Part shown: piece after piece, positions 10,888-21,547 of the stretch
Numbering within the stretch: position 1 is the first letter of the stretch
How the letters are laid out: each line of letters begins with the position of its first letter
NCBI GenBank assembly: GCA_032718475.1
Contig: JAUCBJ010002129.1
Location: forward strand, 1-44,035
DNA length: 44,035 nt
Origin: Nemertoderma westbladi
Taxonomy: Eukaryota > Animalia > Xenacoelomorpha
Direction: 5' to 3'
Program-made: the position numbers and the translations under genes
Notes under the pieces: model-generated
What the model was told of the DNA's origin: nothing
Seen by the model: only the letters and a program-made list of their open reading frames with translations
Databases searched by the model: none

Positions 10888-11395
10888 ATTGTTTTGTTTA
10901 GAAAAAGTGATCGTTTATTGTTTTGGTTAGGAAAACCCGCCTCTGTAACCTGCTCCTCTCCCTCAATTGGTAAAGCTGTAAAGTGATCATTTATTGTTTT
11001 GTTTATAAAAAGTGATCGTTTTTTGTTTTGGTTAGGAAAACCCGCCTCTGTAACATGGCTCCTTTCCCTCAATTGGTAAAGTGATCGTTTACTGTTTTGG
11101 TTAAAAAAAAGCCCGCCATTGTAACCTGCTCCTCTCCCTCAATTGGTAAAGCTGTAAAGTGATCATTTATTGTTTTGGTTAGAAAAACCTGCCTATGAAA
11201 ACTGCTCATTTCCCTCAATTGGTAAAGAGATAGTTTATGGTTTTGGTTAGGAAAACCCGCCTCTGCAACCTGCTCCTTTACTTTAATTGGTAAAGTGATA
11301 GTTTATTGTTTTGTTTAGAAATGCCTACCTCTGTAACCTGTTCCTTTCCCTCAATTGGTTAAAGTTATCCTGATCGGTTATTTTTGGTTAGAAAA
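10888..11395. repeat. Imperfect tandem repeat, ~60-70 bp unit, about 7 copies
   Basis: Recurring TTGTTTTGGTTAGGAAAACCCGCCTCTGTAACCTGCTCC..CCCTCAATTGGTAAAGTGAT. Confidence 0.9.
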
Positions 11396-11654
11396 ATGTC
11401 TTATCGCCATCTTGTGTGCATGTTAAGGAGGAGAGTTGTTAGGAGCAGAGGGGAGTTGCACAAAGTTGAATTAATTCAAATATATTTTGTAATGTAGGCC
11501 TAATTTGTATTTTATTTTATTCAATGTTCTACTCTTTTACTGTGTGAATCCCAGTCTGGATGATGATTCAGTACAGTCTGAATATCGAAAAAAAGGGTTC
11601 ATAAGAATAATAAAAGGGGTCATGGGGTAAAAAAATAACTGGATTGGAAAACGA

Positions 11655-12317
11655 ATGGAAAGCAACGGTGGGCCAATTCGCCCCCCTCCCACCAAATGTT
11701 TTTACAAATCGTAATGAGATTGCATTAAATTTGAAACAGAGATAGTTTCACCTCCCCCCTCCTTGCTGGGTGAGCCAGAATTTTTAATTTCGCTTTCATT
11801 CTTTAACTAGATTTTATTCTATTAAATAAATACAACATATTCTGGAACATTTTGTTAATGCATGAGTAGCTACGTAATACTGTAGTATGATTAAAGTAAA
11901 GAGGCATTTCATTGTTGCCAAGCTACGTATGGGATAAACAAAATATTCTAGAATTTGTTGTATTTATTCAATATAATGAAATAGCCTAGCTTATAAGCAA
12001 AACCATGCACGTTTTAAACGCTTATATCTGTGCCAGCCTCTAAAGGGGCATGAAAAATTTAGATTATGTTACATTTTTGGAATCCATATTCGCCGTAAAT
12101 TTCGCCATTTCACAATTTCGCCGTAAACACCTTTTTCAAACGCTTGCAGCTATAGAATGAAAGCGAAAATAAAAATTCTGGCATCATCCTGCAAGGAGGA
12201 GGGAGGTGAAACTACCTCAGTTTCAAATTTAATGGCAATCTCTTTAAGATTAGTATAATTTTTTTTTGGGGGGGGGGGGGGGGGGGTGGCGAATTGGATC
12301 ACCGTTGCTTTCCATTG
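11655..12317. repeat. Inverted pair of a ~160-bp dispersed repeat (about 11655-11806 and 12151-12317)
   Basis: AATGGAAAGCAACGGTG..CCAATTCGCC..AATTTGAAACAGAGATAGTTTCACCTCC..GCCAGAATTTT..TTTCGCTTTCATTCT and its reverse complement. Confidence 0.85.
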
Positions 12318-13799
12318 CCATTTCTTGCTACAGAGGCCCGCGGGGCGGACCAAAAAAGTTTTCGTTTCTGAATTAATTTCTTTAAAGGGACAAGCCGGTC
12401 ATTTCAGCTTTACATATGGTCTGTAAATGAGCATTAGCTTCCTCTAGCCTCGAATACTGACTGTTCTGGAAATAAGTTGTTAGATTATTTTTGATTGTTT
12501 TAGATTACAGTTCGTTTAATGTGGTTCATCGGCCTGTTTCTTATCACTAATTATAATAATATGGATTATTACAATATGGCTTTCCTGATTCTTCCAACTG
12601 TTAATTTATGTATCTGACGGGTTTAACCTTCGTACTTTATATTTGTGTATATATTATTGTTTTTTTACTTTTTACTTTTACTGTTGCCTGTACTGTAGCC
12701 TTGGAGGCGAACAACAATTGGTTAGAAGATAACCTCTCGTTTTGTCTTTAAGGGGCTTTTTGAGTCGAAACTACAAAGATGAAACTTTGTAATAATATGA
12801 TATGTGGCAACAAAACGACGGTGGGTGTGGTTGAGCATCGAACATAATTACAAACTAATTGATTTATTATGTTAATAAATACTAAAGTACTGTACAGCAA
12901 AACTCTTCGCATGAAAGTACCTATTTCTTACCCTCCCTCAGCAAAAAGCTCGAATAAATTATAAACTATTATTGTCTGTTCGGGTTCGGGAATGGAATAT
13001 GCGGTTATAATAATTTTATAATTACATTTTATTTACAATTATAAAATGTATAACGGATAAAATTGCTATCGCACTAACAGTATATCATTTAACATATTTT
13101 CTGGCTATAACAATTTTAGATTGGAATAGCTCAATGGTCTGAGGGATAGCAATCGTATGCAAATACAGAAACTGGATGATCACAATGAGGGTTTGAAGAA
13201 TATATACTGGCAGTAGTACGAGCAATTACAGGTCTGTAACGTATTAACATCGTCGGGCTCCGGTATTACATCGTCGGGCTCCGGTATTCCATTTATCTGA
13301 AAAATCCACCTTTATCACTAAATTTTATGTTTATTGCCTATTCCGTATCATAACTACACTATATATATATATATATCACCCTATATCACTAACTGATAAG
13401 TATCATTCCTATTTCCCTACCTTATTGTAGGACAGAATATACATTATAAAGGCCTGCTGCATTTCTTAATAATCAGTTATAGAGCCTAGTGGATAATATG
13501 TATATAAGTAATAATAATTTACGTCAGAAGGTGATAACTTACACGGAAGAGGACTGTCAATCACCGTCTCTCCTTCGTAATCATAGAAAGAACCATATCC
13601 AGATCCATGTCGTTTTCTGTTTGAACCGGATTTTACCAAAACTGAATCCATTTCTGGACCAACAAAAATCAAATCAATCGCAGAGAATATACCAAATTGT
13701 TACAGGATATCTTAGTTTATAAATGAACTACTATAAAGGCCTATGTATTGTGTCATTGTGTTATCTTTTTGTTAGTGTAAATAATGATATTATAAAATA

Positions 13800-14006
13800 A
13801 TGATTTTGTTCTGAAATGGAAAAATTGAGGAAGCACTGGGGTTTGAACCAGCTCTATACGTGCGTTTCGGACTATCAGGCCTCGTCAGTAGCGCTAACCA
13901 GTTCAGCCATTCTCCACTGACTCTTGCCTTCCTATTTAATCCAATTCTATTGGACAGGCAATATTAATTTGTATATCCTATAAGTTGCATTTCTGAACAA
14001 AATCAT
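13800..14006 (-). mobile_element. Short IR-bounded element containing a tRNA-like Pol III unit with an embedded hammerhead
   Basis: IRs ATGATTTTGTTCTGAAATG (13800-13818) and CATTTCTGAACAAAATCAT (13988-14006), 18/19. On the minus strand: A box TGGCTGAACTGG (13898-13909), B box GGTTCAAACCC (13839-13849), T5 at 13820-13824. Confidence 0.7.
13851..13894 (-). ncRNA. Type I hammerhead ribozyme (minimal stem III)
   Basis: Minus strand GCGCTA CTGACGA GGCCT-GAT-AGTCC GAAAC GCAC GTA TAGAGC: complete CUGANGA/GAAA/GUA core, with one mismatch each in stems I and II. Confidence 0.8.
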
Positions 14007-14743
14007 AATAATAATAACATTTATAACTGAGTTGAGATAACAGCTCAACTCCAATTAATTTAGTGTAAATAATAAACAATAATATATTATATGTATATTG
14101 TATAATGTATATTAAATGCATTTATTATATCCACAATGAAGTAAGTCTTACAGTACTGACAAGTTTATTTACATTAATGCAATGAATATAGTGATTGGCT
14201 AGATTTAAGGAGTCAAATAATCTCTGTGCTACAAAGTGGACTTATTTTTTTTGGCAAACATTCTTATAGCAGTGATTATCAGGAAAGATAATTAATGATA
14301 AAAGTGTATTACCACCATAATACCAATAAACTATTTAGCCCAATTTTGATTGTATGTTAAAGTGATTAATAATAATGGGAAAGCTTTTAATCTGGTTCTA
14401 CTGTATTTGCATTTCAAAGGATTATGCCTAAATGAATCTCATTCAATCAATAAATAATTTACAATATTTAGCATTCATGTAACATATGTGAGATACGTAA
14501 TCTATATTCACTTTTAGACCCGTACGATTAGAAGGCGGATCTGATTGCTACTTTACATTACTTCATTAGTAAACCAACGCCGCTACATTTAGTGAAACTA
14601 CTATAGCTCTCTACAACGCAATATCACCACCACACACAGCCTCGCAGCCTTTGGGGGTTGTTTCTGCAGATGGTATGCAATGTCAATGGACTAACAGTAC
14701 GGTGTAACTACAAACTACAAGGTGTGGTGCCGATGTTAGCAGA

Positions 14744-15485
14744 ATCATCCGTCGTAACTACACGGTGCAGTGGCGACGATAGCGGTATGGCTAATCATCC
14801 ATCGTAACTACACGGTGCAGTGGCGACGATAGCAGTATGGCTAATTAACCGTCGTAACTACACGTGCAGTGGCGACGATAGCAGTATGGCTAATCAACTA
14901 TTATAACTGCACGGTGCAGTGGCGATGATAGCAGTATGGCTAATCATCCATCGTAACTACACGGTGCAGTGGCGACGATAGCAGTATGGCTAATTAACCG
15001 TCGTAACTGTACGGAGCAGTGGCGATGATAGCAGTATGGCTAATCAACTATTATAACTGCACGGTGCAGTGGCGATGATAGCAGTATGGCTAATCATCCA
15101 TCGTAACTACACGGTGCAGTGGCGACGATAGCAGTATGGCTAATTAACCGTCGTAACTGTACGGAGCAGTGGCGATGATAGCAGTATGGCAAATCAACTA
15201 TTATAACTGCGCGGTGCAGTGGCGATGATAGCAGTATGGCTAATCATCCTTCGTAACTACACGGTGCAGTGGCGACGATAGCAGTATGGCTAATTAACCG
15301 TCGTAACTGTACGGAGCAGTGGCGATGATAGCAGTATGGCTAATCATCCATCGTAACTACACGGTGCAGTGGCGACGATAGCAGTATGGCTAATTAACCG
15401 TCGTAACTGTACGGAGCAGTGGCGATGATAGCAGTATGGCTAATCAACTATTATAACTGCGCGGTGCAGTGGCGATGATAGCAGT
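14744..15485. repeat. 50-bp minisatellite, left block (~15 units)
   Basis: Unit ATAACTGCACGGTGCAGTGGCGACGATAGCAGTATGGCTAATCAACTATC and variants. Confidence 0.97.
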
Positions 15486-16253
15486 TTGCCTCAGATTCAC
15501 CAATGGCTTTGTTGGTCAGGGGTGGAACATGAGAGTAGCCTCCTACTCCAGAATCCCCCCCCTCACAATCTGACCTCCCTGGTGACCCAGGTTTTGGGCC
15601 AGAAAGGTCATCAGGAAAGGGACTCAAATAATTGTTGGCTGCTCTCTCTCCAGTAGGGGGTAAGACAGGCAGCCGGTCAGGAGATAACTGACGCCTGTGA
15701 GGCCGATTGTGTCCGGTAATTCCACTGGCCTCTAGTGGCAGGACCTCCGCATTACTAATGTAATCCATAGTGGGGCTTGGGGGTAGTTTTTTGCCGAGTC
15801 ATCTCTCGGGGCAAATACCACACCCTGGTTTGCCATTCCACAGGGTGGGTGTCGCAGTGGAGTCAGATATGAGGCCCATCACCCATATCTACTCTGGCGC
15901 ACATGACCCACCATTGGCTGTTGCAGCTCATCTGCTGGGTCATGCCCTGTACCCCTGCTGCCAGGTGCAGGTCGCAGTGAAGTGCACTCAGAGTGGACAT
16001 GAGAACACTCTATTCCTAACCAGCCACTGGTAGATCACCATCTGCCTGGCCAGACCATATACCCCTGCAGCCAAGTATATGGGTCCTTAATCCAGGACCA
16101 AGGGCGTCCTTATCCAGGAACGAAGGGGTCCTAGTTACAGGACCAGATTTTCCCTAGTAAGAGGATCTATGCAGCACAGCAGGTGGCACCTCCTTTATGC
16201 TGCATGGAGGTGGCAAGTTTTCTTGATCAATGACCTAGAATACCTGACCTAAC
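15486..16253. mobile_element. 768-bp GC-richer insertion of unknown class interrupting the 50-bp array
   Basis: Abrupt composition change; flanked by GCAGT on both sides (15481-15485 and 16254-16258), a candidate TSD. No recognisable domain. Confidence 0.55.
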
Positions 16254-16319
16254 GCAGTATGATAGCCGTCGTAATGTAACGTGATGTAACGTAATGTAAC
16301 TAATCGTAACGTAACTAAT

Positions 16320-19300
16320 CAGCCGTCGTAACTACACGGTGCGGTGACGACGATAGCAGTATGGCTAATCATTCGTTGTAACTGCCCGGTGCAGTGGCGA
16401 CGATAGCAGTATGGCTACTCATTCGTCGTAACTGCACGGTGCAGTCAGTGGCGTGATAGCAGTATGGCTAATCATTCGTCGTAACTGTACGTTGCAGTGG
16501 CGATGATAGCAGTATGGCTAATCAACCATCGTAACTACACGGTGCAGTGGCGACGATAGCAATATGGCTAATCAACTATCATAACTACACGGTGCAGTGG
16601 CGACGACAGCAGTATGGCTAATCAACTATCATACCTGTACGGTGCAGTGGCGATTATATCAGTATGGCTAATCAACCGTCGTAACTACACGGTGCAGTGG
16701 CGACGATAGCAGTATGGCTAATCAACTATCACAACTGTACGTTGCAGTGGCGATGATAGCAGTATGGCTAGTCAACTATCATAACTGCACGGTGCAGTGG
16801 CGACGATAGCAGTATGGCTAATTAACCGTCGTAACTGTACGGTGCAGTGGCGACGATAGGAGTATGGCTAATCAACCGTCGTAACTACACGGTGCAGTGG
16901 CGACGATAGCAGTATGGCTAATCATCCATCGTAACTACACGGTGCAGTGGCGACGATAGCAATATGGCTAATCAACCGTCGTAACTACATGGTGCAGTGG
17001 CGACGATAGCAGTATGGCTAATCAACCGTCGTAACTACACGGTGCAGTGGCGACGATAGCAGTATGTCTAATCATCCATCGTAACTACACGGTGCAGTGG
17101 CGACGAAGGCGGTATGGCTAATCATCCATCGTAACTACACGGTGCAGTGGCGACGATCGCAGTATGGCTAATCAACTATCATACCTGTACGTTGCAGTGG
17201 CGATGATAGCAGTATGGCTAATCAACTATCATACCTGTACGTTGCAGTGGCGATTATATCAGTATGGCTAATCAACCGTCGTAACTACACGGTGCAGTGG
17301 CGACGATAGCAGTATGGCTAATCAACTATCACAACTGTACGTTGCAGTGGCGATGATAGCAGTATGGCTAATCAACTATCATAACTGCACGGTGCAGTGG
17401 CGATTATATCAGTATGGCTAATCAACCGTCGTAACTACACGGTGCAGTGGCGACGATAGCAGTATGGCTAATCAACTATCACAACTGTACGTTGCAGTGG
17501 CGATGATAGCAGTATGGCTAGTCAACTATCATAACTGCACGGTGCAGTGGCGACGATAGCAGTATGGCTAATCAACCGTCGTAACTGCATGGTGTGGTGG
17601 CAATGATAGCAGTATGGCTAATCAACCGTCGTAACTCCACGGTGCATTGGCGATGATAGCAGTATGGCTAATCAACCGTCGTAACTTCACGGTGCAGTGG
17701 CGATGATAGCAGTATGGCTAATCAACTATCATAACTGCACTGTGCAGTGGCGATGATAGCAGTATGGCTAATCAACCGTCATAACTACACGGTGCAGTGT
17801 CAACGATAGCAGTATGGCTAATCAACTGTCATAACTGCACGGTGCAGTGGCGATGATAGCAGTATGACTAATCAACTATCATAACTGCACGGTGCAGTGG
17901 CGATGATATCAGTATGGCTAATCAACCGTTGTAACTTCACGGTGCGGTGGCGATGATATCAATATGGCTAATCAACCGTCGTAACTGCACGGTGCGGTGG
18001 CGATGATAGCAGTATGGCTAATCATCCGTCGTAACTGCACGGAGCGGTGGCGACGATAGCAGTATGGCTAATCAACTATCATAACTGCACGGTGCAGTGG
18101 CGATGATAACAGTATGGCTAATCAACCGTCGTAACTGCACAGTGCGGTGGCGATGGTATCAATATGGCTAATCAACCGCCGTAACTGCATGGTGCAGTGG
18201 CGACGATAGCAGTATGGCTAATCAACTATCATAACTGCACGGTGCAGTGGCGATAATAGCAGTATGGCTAATCAACCGTCGTATCTTCACAGTGCGGTGG
18301 CGATGGTATCAATATTGCTAATCAACCGTCGTAACTGCACGGTGCGGTGGCGATGATAGCAGTATGGCTAATCATCCGTCGTAACTGCACGGTGCGGTGG
18401 TGACGATAGCAGTATGGCTAATCCACTATCATAACTGCACGGTGCAGTGGCGACGATAGCAGTATGGCTAATCAACTATCATAACTGCACGGTGCAGTGG
18501 CGATAATATCAGTATGGCTAATCAACCGTCGTAACTGCACAGTGCGGTGGCGATGGTATCAATATTGCTAATCAACCGTCGTAACTGCACGGTGCGGTGG
18601 TGACGATAGCAGTATGGCTAATCATCCGTCGTAACTGCACGGAGCGGTGGCGATAATAGCTGTATGGCTAATCAACTATCATAACTGCACGGTGCAGTGG
18701 CGATAATAGCAGTATGGCTAATCAACCGTCGTATCTTCACAGTGCGGTGGCGATGGTATCAATATTGCTAATCAACCGTCGTAACTGCACGGTGCGGTGG
18801 CGATGATAGCAGTATGGCTAATCATCCGTCGTAACTGCACGGTGCGGTGGTGACGATAGCAGTATGGCTAATCCACTATCATAACTGCACGGTGCAGTGG
18901 CGACGATGGCAGTATGGCTAATCAACTATCATAACTACACGGTGCAGTGGCGACGATAGCAGTATGGCTAATCATCCGTCGTAACTGCACGGTGCGGTGG
19001 TGACGATAGCAGTATGGCTAATCCACTATCATAACTGCACGGTGCAGTGGCGACGATGGCAGTATGGCTAATCAACTATCATAACTACACGGTGCAGTGG
19101 CGACGATAGCAGTATGGCTAATCAACTATCATAACTGTACGGTGCAGTGGCGATGATAACAGTATGGCTAATCAACTATCATAACTGCACGGTGCAGTGG
19201 CGACGATAGCAGTATGGCTAATTAACCGTCGTAACTGTACGGTGCAGTGGCGATGATAACAGTATGGCTAATCAACTATCATAACTGCACGGTGCAGTGG

Positions 19301-21547
19301 CGACGATAGCAGTATGGCTAATCAACCGTCGTAACTGCACGGTGCAGTGGCTATGATAGCAGTATGGCTAATCAACTATCATAACTGCACGGTGCAGTGG
19401 CGACGATAGCAGTATGGCTAATCAACCGTCGTATCTTCACAGTGCGGTGGCGATGGTATCAATATTGCTAATCAACCGTCGTAACTGCACGGTGCGGTGG
19501 CGATGATAGCAGTATGGCTAATCATCCGTCGTAACTGCACGGTGCGGTGGTGACGATAGCAGTATGGCTAATCAACTATCATAACTGCACGGTGCAGTGG
19601 CAACGATAGCAGTATGGCTAATTAACCGTCGTAACTGCACGGTGCAGTGGCGATGATATCAATATGGCTAATCAACCGTCGTAACTGCACGGTGCGGTGG
19701 CGATGATAGCAGTATGGCTAATCCACTATCATAACTGCACGGTGCAGTGGCGACGATAGCAGTATGGCTAATCAACTATCATAACTACACGGTGCAGTGG
19801 CGACGATAGCAGTATGGCTAATCAACTATCATAACTGTACGGTGCAGTGGCGACGATAGCAGTATGGCTAATCAACCGTCGTAACTGCACGGTGCAGTGG
19901 CTATGATAGCAGTATGGCTAATCAACTATCATAACTGCACGGTGCAGTGGCGACGATAGCAGTATGGCTAATCAACCGTCGTATCTTCACAGTGCAGTGG
20001 CGACAATAGCAGTATGGCTAATTAACCGTCGTAACTGCACGGTGCAGTGGCGACGATAGCAGTATGGCTAATCAACTATCATAACTGCACGGTGCAGTGG
20101 CGACGATAGCAGTATGGCCAATTAACCGTCGTAACTGCACGGTGCAGTGGCGACGATAGCAGTATGGCTAATCAACTATCATAACTGCACGGTGCAGTGG
20201 CGACGATAGCAGTATGGCTAATCAACTATCATAACTGCACAGTGCAGTGGCGATGATAACAGTATGGCTAATTAACTATCATAACTACACGGTGCAGTGG
20301 CGACAATAGCAGTATGGCTAATTAACCGTCGTAACTGCACGGTGCAGTGGCGAAGATAGCAGTATGGCTAATCAACTATCATAACTGCACGGTGCAGTGG
20401 CGACGATAGCAGTATAGCTAATTAACCGTCGTAACTGCACGGTGCAGTGGCGACGATAGCAGTATGGCTAATCAACTATCATAACTGCACGGTGCAGTGG
20501 CGACGATAGCAGTATGGCTAATTAACCGTCGTAACTGCACGGTGCAGTGGCGACGATAGCAGTATGGCTAATCAACTATCATAACTGCACGGTGCAGTGG
20601 CGACGATAGCAGTATGATTAATCAACTATCATAACTGCACGGTGCAGTGGCGACGATAGCAGTATGGCTAATCAACTATCATAACTGCGCGGTGCAGTGG
20701 CGATGATAACAGTATGGCTAATCAACTATCATAACTGCACGGTGCAGTGGCGACGATAGCAGTATGGCTAATTAACCGTCGTAACTGCACGGTGCAGTGG
20801 CGACGATAGCAGTATGGCTAATCAACTATCATAACTGCACGGTGCAGTGGCGACGATAGCAGTATGACTAATCAACTATCATAACTGCACGGTGCAGTGG
20901 CGACGATAGCAGTATGACTAATCAACTATCATAACTGCACGGTGCAGTGGCGACGATAGCAGTATGGCTAATCAACTATCATAACTGCGCGGTGCAGTGG
21001 CGATGATAACAGTATGGCTAATCAACTATCATAACTGCACGGTGCAGTGGCGACGATAGCAGTATGGCTAATTAACCGTCGTAACTGCACGGTGCAGTGG
21101 CGACGATAGCAGTATGGCTAATCAACTATCATAACTGCACGGTGCAGTGGCGACGATAGCAGTATGACTAATCAACTATCATAACTGCACGGTGCAGTGG
21201 CGACGATAGCAGTATGGCTAATCAACTATCATAACTGCGCGGTGCAGTGGCGATGATAACAGTATGGCTAATCAACTATCATAACTGCACGGTGCAGTGG
21301 CGACGATAGCAGTATGGCTAATTAACCGTCGTAACTGCACGGTGCAGTGGCGACGATAGCAGTATGGCTAATCAACTATCATAACTGCACGGTGCAGTGG
21401 CGACGATAGCAGTATGGCTAATTAACCGTCGTAACTGTACGGAGTAGTGGCGATGATAGCAGTATGGCTAATCAACTATCATAACTGCACGGTGCAGTGG
21501 CGACGATAGCAGTATGGCTAATCATCCGTCGTAACTACACAGTGCAG
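16320..21547. repeat. 50-bp minisatellite, main block (~104 units)
   Basis: Strict 50-bp period over about 5.2 kb with a small set of recurring variants. Confidence 0.98.

Noticed and set aside
11555-11595. CTGGATGA-hairpin-GAAA
   Set aside because: Extra base in the core, and no stem III or stem I partner.
12268-12290. Poly-G/C runs (also at 24377 and about 41900) as functional G-quadruplexes
   Set aside because: Homopolymer expansions inside repeats; their lengths are unreliable.
12741-12779. Hammerhead-like TTTGT..GGCT TTTTG AGTC GAAAC T ACAAA
   Set aside because: Stems I and II are plausible, but the core reads CTTTAAG and stem III is absent; at most a decayed relic.
13821-13915. Functional tRNA gene (also at 33226-33327)
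   Set aside because: No anticodon stem-loop and an irregular acceptor stem; the central region is a hammerhead motif instead.
16165-16220. HDV-like or twister ribozyme
   Set aside because: Could not place P3 and J4/2, or the twister conserved nucleotides; kept only as a possible pseudoknot.
16320-21547. CACGGTG/CACAGTG as RSS-like heptamers
   Set aside because: No nonamer at 12/23 spacing; explained by the internal palindrome of the unit.
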